Assembly (NCBI GenBank): GCA_000708835.1
Contig: DF237413.1
Span: 10,927 to 74,926, forward strand
DNA: 64,000 nt
Source: Klebsormidium nitens
Taxonomy: Eukaryota > Plantae > Klebsormidiophyceae
Direction: 5' to 3'
Below are positions 46,499 through 58,250 of this stretch, piece after piece. The translations under genes and the position numbers were made by a program. The number at the start of each line of letters is the position of its first letter. Position 1 is the stretch's first letter. The notes under the pieces were generated by a model. The model made no database searches and was not told where the DNA came from. It saw only the letters and a list, made by a program, of their open reading frames with translations.

Positions 46499-48955
46499 TC
46501 AAAATCTATGCGACCTAACATATAAGTGAGTCGCGGAGATGACTCCGACCGAAACTGCCCCTGCTAAGGCCGTCCAGCCGAGAAGACTCGCGCTTGGTAG
46601 ACTCGGAACGAAAGATACTATCTTCGCTTGAGCTTTCGTCTGGAGCATGTCTTCCAGCTTCCCTAATCGCACGTCTAGGCTTGCGAGCTTTGCGTCGGTT
46701 GCATCAGCGACGCACCTAAGGGACCTAAGCTCCTTCAACAGGGTCTTTAAGTACCAAGCGTCCGAGTCCTCACCCACAATCTCGTTGTCGGAGAAGGCAT
46801 CGTCTGGGAAGGACTCTTCCGTAACATCGAAGTACTCCTCCGAGTCGCTGCTATCGCCAAACATGCCCACTTTCTCGCGGCATATGACATTTAGCATGTG
46901 CAGCCACTCCACAAAGGTCTTCTTCGCTTGCTCCCCCATGAAGTTTTCCATCATGGCTGTAAACGACAGCGAAGGCAGCAGGTTAGAGAAGGGGAGGCCT
47001 CTTCCCGGAGTTCGGAATGCCAAACGATCGACATCTAAAGTTGGCCCGAAAGAAACATTGGTGCTACGATGCGGAGAGGCCGCCTTTGTAAACGATGACT
47101 TACCACTTCTCACTTGTAATTTTGACTTATTCACATCGAGCTTGCAGCATGAGAGAAGATCACCAGAGTTAACCCAAGTACTAGTTTGCTTACTGCTGTA
47201 AGGATTCTTCTTTCAATCGATGCTCCTGTTATCGTCCAAGAATGTGCGGACAGGAGTGGGAATAAGGGCCAAACCTATTTGTGCGGGTATCACGTTGACC
47301 GGGGCTACCCGCAGACAGCCCCAGTCGCACCAAAGAATTTCATCAATTGAAACCTTTTCGTTGCTTCGCCTAATACACCTTGCGCTTCTTGTTCATACAT
47401 ATGATGAAACGGTCCTCAACGAAGAACGGACCGAGTTTTGGAATTGAAGGCGACTCAAAGAAGGGCAAACGTACGCGTTCATACAGCACATCCATTTTCA
47501 ATTCAAGGGACCACCAACTCCGAGGTGAAGCCGACATTTCGAAATCGAGTCATTACGTGGTCAGGCGGTGTGCTTACATCCGAGCGGCCAGAGCGCGCAC
47601 TCCATTCGTGCCACCATGATGATGGCCGTCCCCGGTGTGTCCCCGCCCGCCGGCCGCAGCTCCACTTGGCCCCCCGTCTTGAAGCGGTCCCCCCCCGGGA
47701 GGTCCAGCCGCGGCACTGACTCTACGATGTACAGCTCCTTTGTCTTGTGCGTGATGGCCTGCTCCTCGCGCACCCGCAGCGTGTCTGCGCCTGCGACAGC
47801 AAGGGTATGACTGATATCCAATCGTCTGTCAAATTGCCTGTATCGACATCAAAGGTCTCCCTTCAATTTGAATCTTAAGTCTGTCTTCTTCTGAGCAAAT
47901 CCCTACGAGAAGTTCCGTCCAAATTCTTCTAGCCTTCCAACAGACGTCAAGCCCTCCGCGAAACTTGGCTTGAACGGTTGCTCCCACAATCAGCAAGATG
48001 GATCCTGGTGTAGTGCACCGACATATCCGCACCGATATTCAAGGGTCAACATGTGGTGTCCGCACACCTTGTTCATCTGAGAAGTTGCTGAAAACAACTG
48101 CGTCAGCCCATCTAGCACATCAACAAGAACTGTGGTCCAACCCAACCATCATGGCAAGAGCATCAACAACCAGAACGCTGATGTGGAGATTTCGAGATGT
48201 TCGGACGCACAGTAGTCACATCAAAAGAGACACCAGCGTATGCTCTATCAGTGCCACTTGGCGGTCTCCGCAGCAGTTCTCACCAACACACTTTGCGACA
48301 ATGGCGGGGGCGTTGACGGGCGTCTGGAAGGTGACCACCCTCGTATCATCCTCACTCCAGTTGGTCGCCCGGGCATCAGCATCCCCATTCACCTCAGTGT
48401 GATACCTGAGTGGCAGAAAGCAGGGTCAACAACTCTGCTCAAAGGCACCTCTCCTTTTCACAAGCTCTGGTCTCCTTGCGCAGAGTAGAAACTTCTTCGC
48501 AATTGGTGAGATGTTGGCTCAGCTGCTGGGGCCCCTTCCTATCTGGCTGAGGCCAAAAAGCTTCTCAAACATGTTGACCCCATGCTCAACAACGCACCCG
48601 TTAAGATTTGAAGTCATGCAAGCAATGGTATTATCTGCTCATTTCATGCAACATAACAATGGGAAATACGAGCCATGCTAAAAGAACAGGCGAAGCAAAT
48701 TTGAGCTTACCGAGTAAGGAAGTCTTTGTCGAAGTACAATATCTGAAACACCACCTGCACAGCGTCCAGGATGGGAGTTGAGAGGTAACACTAACAGTAG
48801 CGTTAAGCATGATGGATGACTGATCTAGTGCCCATTTCAATTTGCTGCATGATCTTGTGTAAGAAAAGGCCCCAAAGCCAGTGACTCGTCTCTAAGGCAA
48901 CGCTCACCTCTGGCGGGACGCCGCTGATCTCAGCGGTGAACGTGAGCTCCTTCAT
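46499..48955 (-). CDS. VASt (StART-like) domain protein with FFAT-like motif, short coiled coil and C-terminal tail anchor
   Basis: Phase-compatible exons 48908-48955, 48711-48754, 48284-48405, 47578-47790, 46499-46956: MKELTFTAEISGVPPE|VVFQILYFDKDFLTR|…NWSEDDTRVVTFQTPVNAP…|ADTLRVREEQ…VESVPRLDLPGGDRFKT…ECALWPLG|SMMENFMGEQAKKTFVEW…EEYFDVTEE…WTALAGAVSVGVISATHLYVRSHRF*. The VASt assignment is by motif recognition, not an HMM search. Confidence 0.75.
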
Positions 48956-49296
48956 GGCAGGAAGGCGCTTTACGAAAGGGGTTTCTTAAAGAATTGTCCG
49001 AGCTGTGCAGCTATTGTTCCTTCCGTGTGTCCTGCCCTCTAGCATTTAACACAATTGCCTCAATCGCAGCGGCTACTTCTGTAAACGTCCCACATCTCGC
49101 ATGCCCTTTGAAAGCGAAAAGACGAGACAGACCACAACCTAAAAGGGCTCTGCCAGCCCTCTATTTCATATGCTGGGTGCTGCTCTGCGCTACCACGTTG
49201 AACTTGTAGTACAGCGGCCAGCCGCAATGGCGGCCAGACAGGAAAGGCCCTCCTGAGTCCTGCTCTTGTTTCGTTCCTGGAGTTTTGCTTGACCGC

Positions 49297-49304
49297 AAAC
49301 CCTA
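49297..49304 (+). promoter_or_regulatory. Telo-box (AAACCCTA) in the VASt/SEC14 divergent spacer
   Basis: Exact AAACCCTA between the two outward-facing ATGs (48955 and 49693). An 8-mer can occur by chance. Confidence 0.35.
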
Positions 49305-49692
49305 AATTTGTCGACATCGGAACAGGGCCTTTATTTCGACTTCGATACAATTGTCGAAAGCGACGTAGGGAGATAGGGCGGAGCAGCTGCACGATACGAA
49401 AGGTGGAAATCTTTGATCAACAGAGGGGAAGGATGCCTGATGGTCGGATGACATCCGCTATATGGGAACATTCACTAGCTGTTTGTTACAGGTGAATCGT
49501 GATTCAGAAGGTGCTTCCACAATCCAAATTGCCAGCACTGTTCATGACGTCCCCATGCATGGCCGCCAGCAACAGATGGTGAAGTGCGACGTGCATGTAA
49601 AATTGTGCGGCATCTTTGGGCGCCTGTTGACTCTCTCGCCTTCTGCTTCTCCTTAGAGATCTGGAAGCACCCAGTGAACATTAAGCCAGGGG

Positions 49693-52600
49693 ATGGCAGC
49701 AGCGCTGGGTGGCCATACGTGCGTCCAAGCGAACCGCTGGAAAGTTTGCTTCAAAGTGCATTTATGCTCTGAGTCTTAGGTTGCGGAAGGAACGTAGAGA
49801 GGTTTGTGCACTTGTCTACACCCTCGCAGCATTATGCGACATTGGTCTACGAGGGTTTGTCATTTCTTGGATTGCACACATCGGGGTGCTCATATACTGT
49901 TCGTTGGCAAGTACCATATGCATAGGCCTAAGGTTGACTCCTTATCGGGCGGCTGAACCGGTTGTTGGAAGCAATCTGTTTGAGAAAGGAGGACACGTGA
50001 GCTTTAGGAAGGCCCTCTCTGTTGGCCCACATTCAGCCAGATCCTGCTGCCCAGCAACGTGGATTCCAGGCGGCCTGATTGCGCAATGGCCACCTCTACT
50101 TTCTCCTGCCCGGACCTGACTGACACACAAAGTGTAAATCTGGAGGCCATGAGAAGCAAGCTGGCAACCCGTGAGTCCCATGCTTGTGCAGACAACTTGC
50201 AGTCCTTTCCTTCCCTCTTGTCAAAGGGACAGCGGCCACAAATGCTCCATGTGGTGATGCTTAGCAGGTGCTCCTAGGGTGTAACTCAAGTAGTGGCAAT
50301 AATTTGTCGTTGGGTCATTTAAATGGCTTGCGGGATTCTGATAAGGCTGGAGGAATCAAACAATCCTGCAACTCCCTCTTTGGCCCACATTTGTTGGTCA
50401 ATTCTTTAGGACCGGTTCAGTTGATGGGGCTGCATGGCATTTGGGTGGCGTCAAACCCCCTGCACGGCTGCTGTCGATGATCATTATGCAACTGGGTGGG
50501 GCAAGTGCTGAAAAGGGGGTGGGTAAACCCTTAAAAACACAGCACCCTGTGGGGAAAGATTCTCAATAATCATCGTTGAGCCAAACCTTAATGACATCTA
50601 ATCTTCTTCTTTGCAGTTGATGAGGCCTTTCAAGCATCTTTTGAGGTGGGTTTTCCTTCCATCACCTGCCTTGGGATGGCTTCAATGACCTCAGTCCACC
50701 GATGGCCCCGTTTTTGGCCCATCCAATTAAGCTCCAGTTGGCAACGTGCCCAGCTTGGATAGCAGCATTCCAATGTGTGAATTCTTGAAGCACGTCACTA
50801 GAGTGGGCCCCTTGCTGTCACTTGAGGCTCCTCTTTCTGTCCTTACTCTAGCGCCGTCCCTGTGGCAGGTCCTTGCGCAGGGCGAGCCTGACAGGAGCCT
50901 GATGCGCTTCTTGTGGGCCAGGGAATGGCACGTGGACAAGGCATTCAGCATGGTGAACACCACAGCCCAGCCTCCCTGTTAGCTTCCTGACAATGGACAG
51001 TCGTGCTCTGCTTCTTGAAAGATTGTGTATCACTCCAGCGTTGACTTCCAAGTAGACGAGGGAGCTCTGATGGACGAACTCCTTGCTGTTCTCAGACCAT
51101 TCATGTCGACCTGTACTGCCCCTTGAAAGGAGAGTTGAACCCACTTACCTCTTTTCAAGTCTATCCGAGGCACTTGCGATAATCTTGCCCTCCTTGCACC
51201 ATTGCATTTGACTTGCAGCTTAGCAAACTACTCTGTCTTGCCACCCTAACTAAAGGACCATAATGTATTTTACAGTTGGTAGACTGTCTCAAGTGGCGAC
51301 GAAAGTATGGCACCGACACAATTCTTCAGGTGAAGCTTGGTACCAGATTGCAATGGGCGTTTTCTTGTGTCAAGTATACGGACAAACCCTGCGCAGACTT
51401 GGCTTGTTGACGTGCCTACAAGGGCGAGTGTCTTTGTTGGGGCTAGAAGCCTCAAACTGTGAGCTCACATGCCTTCACATGTCTTTGCTAACTTTGAAAT
51501 CTTGAGTACATTCCCACAAAGGTTCCTTCTGCCTTTCATACATCCAAGGCAAGGAGGCGGCCTTCCGAAGGATTCCCCTGATGAGCCTTCGGCTTTTTGC
51601 AGAGGCCCCTGGAAGAAGCGAAAATGCGCGCCATTCGAAATGGTTTTCACGTGGGAATGTCCGGCTATGATAAGCAGGTGCGTCCCGTTCCAGAGCTGCG
51701 GGCACAGGTGTTTATGGAAAGCTCGACTCTTTTCCCATGTGAAGAAGATTGAGCTTGCTGAGCTTTCATCTCCGTTTTCAAGCCATTTGCTGGACCTGTC
51801 TGTGCAGGGCCATCCGGTGATCTTTGTCAAAGTAGGACCCAGCAAGTGCGGGGGAGCCACGGTGAGTCATACCTCGACACTGCTCGCTGGGATCGGACCT
51901 TGCACTCTTAAGCCGCAGTAAGGGCTTTATTGTGCCTCAAGGATAGCCGCCTCCGTGATGACTCTGGCTGTACCCTATGTTTACGTTATGCTGCTCCTGC
52001 TTCGCTGAAGGCAGGTTGTCTGTGTGCAGGTGGACGACTATGTCAAGGCACACGTGCAGTTCAGCGAGTGGCGGGACCGTGTGTTGTGTGTAAGTCGCAC
52101 ACTGCCTTACTGAATCCTCTGTCATCAGATCTCAATGCAGAGCAGATGAAGCGTTCTTGACTTCTCTTGGCTGTCACATCGAGTTGGCTGCCCCGCGCAG
52201 CAGTCCGAGGTTGCAACTGCTGAAGTTCCAACAAGGGCATGCTTGAGCCGCAAACGACATTCTTGGAACGCGCATGTCACGTGCATCTGTCTCTGGAGAG
52301 AGCCTCTACTTTCCTCACGCCTTCACCTCGCCTTACGGCCGGTCCATTGTTGCACGTCGAGAGGTCCCAAATCTCATTCTCTCTCCCCTCGTTTCCTGGT
52401 GCCATGGTCGAGACGTTTGCGTTGACGCCCGTGCGCGTGTGCTGCTTGCGCAGGCGGAGGCGAGCAAGCGGTGTGGGCGGCCCATCACGACCACGACGCG
52501 CATCCTGGACTGCACCGGCCTTACGCTGGGCCACCTCGCCAACCTCAACGTCAGCGCTTTCTCCCGTCGCACCTTGTCTCATCTCTTTCTGTCTTGCTGG

Positions 52601-53803
52601 AGTGCAGTGCTTGTCGATATAGAGTGCGGCTTCACCGAGACAGCCGTCAGTTGAGTACTTCGTTGCAGCTGGTGCAGTCGTGTCGTTTTTTATTCGGTCA
52701 TGTGCGGTGTGCAGCTGCTGAACGCGATGTCCAAGATTGACGAGTTCAACTACCCGGAGAAGGCCAACGCGTACTACTTGGTCAATGTGCCGTACGTCTT
52801 CACGGCCATCTGGAAGGTTCGGCCTCCGCCAACATTGCTAGAGGGGCCTCGAGTCCACTCTCTCTTGGACATGTCATGCTTCGCAGGACATGTGCAGAGG
52901 CGGTCAGACTGGCCAGTAGGACAGGCAGCTCTGATGGGACAGGTCCGGTGTGACGACTTTGGAGTGGTTGCGTTGGCCATCTGGAATTCCAGAGCACTTA
53001 CAGGTCCATGTCTGACACATCTTGACGGTTTTATGTCCGGTTCCAATTTGAACGCTCCTGAGTGTGACCAGCTCGGCGTGACTTCTGGCAATCCAAATGA
53101 CACTTGTTACGGCCTGCCTGTTGAGTGTCTTGCGATATGAAAACCTCACAGCATGCTTCCATGTGCAGGTTGTGAAGCCGTTGCTCCAGCCGCGCACGAT
53201 CAACCGGGTGAAAGTGCTGTCCGGGAACGGGCTGGACACACTGCGACAGGTGAGCACTGTTGGGCCCGCACAGATGTGACAGCATGTCCCTGGATGAAAA
53301 GCAGGCCGAGGAATTCAGAGCGGTTGGCTTGCAGACGCCACGTTTTGTTTCAAACTTGATGCATAGCAGACATACACTTCCATGTTGAATTGTTGAAAGG
53401 TGGCTGGCGGCGTTGCCATTGTTGCGTGTGAGGGGTCTTTAGGGCAGCCTCCTTGGTCGACGTTTCCCACTTCGATAGCTCTGAGCGGGGCCGCTCTTTC
53501 GTGCCGCAGTTCATCGACGAGGAGCACATCCCGGTGTTTCTGCGCGACCCCAAGTCCAGCGTGGACTGCACCAGCCTGGACTGCTCGCTGCACCGCCGCT
53601 TCTGGGCCTACCTCCAGGAGCAGGCCGCCGCGGCGCCCCCTGCTGCGAGGCAAGAGGAGGCGGCGGCGGCAGCGGGGCACGCACACGTGGAGACGCCCAA
53701 GAAGCGGCATCACCGGTTCAGCCTCAGGAAAGGCCCCGAGGAAGGGAAGCAAGCCGCAGACAGCGGCGCGGTCGCGCCCGAGCCGAGCCACGGGGCGCAC
53801 TGA
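49693..53803 (+). CDS. SEC14/CRAL-TRIO lipid-binding/transfer protein (plant At1g55840/At5g47730-type, from memory)
   Basis: Exon chain MAAALGGHT|VNLEAMRSKLAT|LDEAFQASFE|VLAQGEPDRSLMRFLWAREWHVDKAFSM|LVDCLKWRR…|…GMSGYDKQ|GHPVIFVKVG…|…HVQFSEWRDRVLC|…RILDCTGL…|…IDEFNYPEKANAYYLVNVPYVFTAIWK|VVKPLLQPRTINRVKVL…|FIDEEHIPVFL…HGAH*. The two tiny 5' exons are less certain. Confidence 0.9.
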
Positions 53804-54794
53804 TGTGAGCGGGCCGGCAGATGCCGAGGCGTTGTAAATTGTACCATACGAGGTAGGAAAGAGGTATCAAACAAATTACTGGTCTGGGCACTCAAGGTGC
53901 CCAGGCCGGTTGATTATTAAGAAGGCTGCTTGTGAGTGCGTTTATGCGAGCGGATGCTTCGCCCTTGCATGATTTTTTGGGACCACTGTTGAGTTGGAGA
54001 TATAAATTCAGGGCAGATGACCGAACTTGTCATCCTGTATATGTAGCTGCCGAAAAGGGCCATACGTATTCAGTCTGCTTTTCACACTGGATGATTGCAA
54101 AACGACTTGAATGTGATAATACCATGCCGGCCAGCTACCTAATCGATCGAAGACCTTATATGCCTACATATGAGCGCAATATATTATATTAGGCTCGCAA
54201 TCGGATCTGCTAAGTTTTAATGTAGTGGCTGCCATGCAACTTGGCAAGCTCCAATCTGGACGGTGCCAGACGAGGTAGTATGTGATCGCCGCAACATGCG
54301 CCGCGGTCATGGGCGGCTAGTTTGTACACGTACATAGTACTATATATGCATGATGCGCGAAACATCTGGCAAGCCTATTATTCAAGTTTATATCAAATTC
54401 GAGGACAGTGAACCCGGCGAATATATCAGACCCGTCGAACAACCAATTATCTATCCAAGAAACCACAATATATGGACTGATTGCGTTCAACGTATGGCCG
54501 CGGGGCCTGCATGCAATGATAATTAGAGAAGATTTTCTAGGCGGCCGCCTGCAAAGTGGCCGCCCATTGATCAAATTGCCAGCCCGTGCATGGCCCCGCG
54601 CACCTACACAAGCTACCTACGGTGGGTCCCGGCCGAGTCAACTCCGACTCGAATCGCAGCGAAAATGTGGGACCCGGTATCAAATTTCGTCAGTAGTACC
54701 GGCGGTCCACGTTACGACGACTCGGACTTCTGTAACATGTACGCAACGAGTACTCTCAGCAATTTCCTCGGCCGTAACTGAGTGTCATAATATT

Positions 54795-55003
54795 NNNNNN
54801 NNNNNNNNNNNNNNNNNNNNNNNNNNNNNNNNNNNNNNNNNNNNNNNNNNNNNNNNNNNNNNNNNNNNNNNNNNNNNNNNNNNNNNNNNNNNNNNNNNNN
54901 NNNNNNNNNNNNNNNNNNNNNNNNNNNNNNNNNNNNNNNNNNNNNNNNNNNNNNNNNNNNNNNNNNNNNNNNNNNNNNNNNNNNNNNNNNNNNNNNNNNN
55001 NNN
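54795..55003. other. Assembly gap (209 N)
   Basis: Run of N characters. ORFs spanning it are artefacts. Confidence 1.
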
Positions 55004-55081
55004 TCAAGTTCCACATGTATGTTGCGTGGGAAAGCTTAGTCAATTGCAATTCTCACTGTCAATTGCAATTATACATCTTGA

Positions 55082-55506
55082 GTCACGCTGAAGTGGCACC
55101 CGGTTAGGTATTTTAGAGGCACTTTGGCTGGGGGGTTTGAAGCCCCACCCCCCTCCTGGCCTTGCCTTCACAAAAAAGGTCAAGGCCCCGGTTCAAATGG
55201 TCACTATCCGGGCAAATTTTCTGGACAAAACTTAGCTGGCACCGTCGTATGCATAGATTCGCCCCTTTTTCACGTTGAAAAGTGCTTTTCTGTTGCATTC
55301 ATGGTCTAGAATCAAGCTGACCCGTGGGACAAAAGATGTAAAAGCAGCACCGTCATAAAAGCATGTTCTTCAGCTGAAATCCGGCTGGGGCCTCGCCCCA
55401 AGCCAAAGGCGACAAGGCCCCCCCCCCCTCCCCACCTTCGATTGGCTGAAGCAACCCAAGCCCCCCCCCCAACAGAATACCTAAGGGGGTGCCACTTCAA
55501 AGTGAC
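55082..55506. mobile_element. MITE-like element with ~31-bp terminal inverted repeats
   Basis: gtcacgctgaagtggcacccggttaggtatt (55082-55112) versus the reverse complement of 55476-55506, gtcactttgaagtggcacccccttaggtatt: 4 mismatches in 31. Poly-C/G tracts inside. No clear TSD. Confidence 0.6.
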
Positions 55507-55860
55507 GGTACCTTTAAAGTAGGCCGAGCCAACGGCCCTCAGTATCATTAACACACCGTACATCATCTAATTGTTGGAAACGTACAGGCAAAACTTGAAA
55601 ACTACCGTACATGGCCGCCTGCCCACAGTAAAGTACAGTTGATTGAAAGTCTAAGTACATGCTCAACCATCGGCTCATTCGTTAATCTAATGTTCGGACG
55701 ATCGCCATCATTCGCTAAGCCACACATCTAATGCCAAATTTGTCGACAATCCTCGAACGCAGCGACTGGGCTGCTTATGAAGCATCCCTAACGCACCCAT
55801 GCGTTAAGTAGCATCAATCTGGAATCTAAGGAGAGTGGCAGCCAGCGCGGCAGGTGCTCC

Positions 55861-57563
55861 CTACGCAGTTTCTGTTTCTCCCGTCTCCCGTTCTGCTTTG
55901 GCAGCAGATGCATAAAAGAGAGAGGCTGCCACCGGATCCCCCAGCTCGTGCTCCTGCGCAAACATCTGCGCTTTGAAGCGGTTCCTTTGGGTGGGCGGCT
56001 GCGCCTCGATCTGGTATGCTTGCTCGTACAGCAGAAAGACATAGCGGTGTCGTCCAACAGGAGGAGTCGGACCACTGTAAGGGACCACGTCCGTGCCTGC
56101 AAAGGAAGCAATTGCAAACTGGTTTACTCTCCAAGCAACCCCCCCAATCGTGCAGATGCACATGTCCTTCCCCGACATACATGGACGAAGAGACTGTTTG
56201 GCATCGTGCCTTCCCGCACTCTTCCAATTGTAAGCGAGAACGTCCAAACCTTCATAACAAGAAATTCTCAGAACTAAAGCGGGGAGGCACTAACGAGGAA
56301 GGCCTGGAAGGCCCACTTCGCATGACATACTTCTTGACGAGACATGCCTCATTCTTTCACGAGTACTTTGCAGAATCTGCAGGAAGCCTGGAAGAATAAA
56401 GCGCCGGGTGCCGTTGAATACCGTAGCCCGCTTTGCCAGACAAAGTGAGGAAAAGTGAAGGAAACACTGAAAAGCATATGAACACCAAAGCAAGCCCATC
56501 ACGAATCTGCCGCCTCTGAAAACAAGACCTGCCAGACCCCCAGAGAGGAGAAGAGATGCGCAGGCTCACCCGCGGTGGCTTCCTGTCCCCCCGGGATGTT
56601 GGTGACCAGCCAGTGCAGCCACTCCGCCTCGCTGGGGGCCTCCGGGGAGGGCGCGTCAGGGTCCACCAACACCTGTGCACGCAAGCCATACAGGATCCAC
56701 GCTGCAGGCAGGTGATGTGACAGCACTGCAGATGATGTAACTTGTAAGGGGCCCAGTCCATAAATGTGATCGAACTGTACAATTTAGCAGCAGCGGCCGC
56801 AGGTTGCTTTGAGCCCCAGCTGAGGAATCTACATACCAAGGGAATCCTTGAATGTCAGTCTTAGTTTATGCCTGCTTCTGCGCGACTCACCAGTGTATAC
56901 AGGTCATTCTCACTCCCTCCTACTCGGACGGTTGGGAACACCTCCGCCTCCGAGGGGCTGAGCTCCGCCCCGCTCTGGATGGGCATCCCCTCGTACGCAA
57001 TGCTGAGCGCCACGCTGGGCGTGAACGCGTCCAACATGTCCGCAATGAGCGACACCGCCGTCGCATCAAAGCGGGAGATCGAAACGTTGAGAGTACCAGC
57101 CTCACTAGAAATGTCACTGCGCCCATCACGACTCACTGCAGGGAGGATATAGCGCTGTCAGGGCCTAGCCCACTGCAAAGAACCTGAAAGAGCAAAATAA
57201 GCTTAAAAAAACAGAAAGGGGCTTTGTACTGACTCCACAAGGTCCTACTGCAGGTCTTCAACAGGTATTCAACAGCATTGGCACTGCAAATGCAGATTTC
57301 GACCACTAGAAGTTCTTTCTTTTAAAAAGCACTGACCATCCACAAATTGACAAGCCTGAGAGTGTCATTTTAGGAGCTGCACCAACAGAGCACCAACATT
57401 GTGCAGAAGGGCCTTTTGCTGGCAGCCCACCTGTTTGTACATCCCCCCTATCCGCCTTGCTGTCAGGCAGATTAGCTGGCGGTCCCGTGCCAAACAGGAC
57501 CAGCGTGAAGAAAAGGCACGCCACCAGCAGGCAAGCGAGACCGGAAAGCCGGCTGCGATCCAT
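55861..57563 (-). CDS. PEBP-3: MFT-like PEBP with an N-terminal signal peptide/anchor
   Basis: Exons 57431-57563, 56891-57135, 56570-56672, 55861-56096: [25 protein letters not shown]…; …[17 protein letters not shown]…GSENDLYTL|[34 protein letters not shown]|[26 protein letters not shown]…[18 protein letters not shown]…. Confidence 0.93.
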
Positions 57564-57899
57564 GCCTCCCAGCAGGTTGTCAGCGCAGTTTGAAGAGCTG
57601 GAGGCCCTAATTCAAAGTGATGGATTCTGTAGGCTTGGGATTCTGAGTTTCTTCCCTGCCCAGTGCCATGTCGCCTACATTGCTATGTACGGATCGGTCT
57701 ACATCATCATGAAGTGATGTCAGCTCGTCACGCTCCGGTCTGCTTCTGCCAAGTTCTGGCATCGATGAGAAAAGTTGATTTCTCATCGGAAGAATTCGTT
57801 GCTGAATCTTGATTCTGACGGGCGTTCCCCGGTGTGCCAGAAACGGCATGGATGTGCTTGGAGAAATGTATCGTCCTCTGACGTCCCCTTACATTCAGG

Positions 57900-57907
57900 A
57901 AACCCTA
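57900..57907 (+). promoter_or_regulatory. Telo-box (AAACCCTA) in the PEBP-3/PAP divergent spacer
   Basis: aaaccctagaaccctata: one exact telo-box plus a partial second copy between ATGs at 57563 (-) and 58251 (+). Confidence 0.35.
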
Positions 57908-58250
57908 GAACCCTATAAGATGTCTGCTTTGCAAAAATACAACAGATCTGCCAGAATCCCAGCTAGTTGAATCAGCACTGCTGCCACTGGTTCTCGACTC
58001 CATTGGCACTGACAAAGCAACGCACACAAGGCTCACGTTGCTCAAGCCCCTCTCAAGCCTCGACTCTATGGCTGGTTGCTTTGGTTGAAATCTCAAAAGT
58101 CCAAAGCTCAAGTGATGGAAGTTGAAAGTGCTCAGTCTGCTGTCTGGTAGCAGGGTTGTTGCACGGGTGTTGGGCGGACGGACAAAACGGTGCGGGGCTG
58201 TTGTGGAGGACCGTACAGTCTTTATAGGCCTGTGACATCTCCTCTTTCCA

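Noticed and set aside
54408-55091. ORFs containing X runs
   Set aside because: They are artefacts of translating across the N gap.
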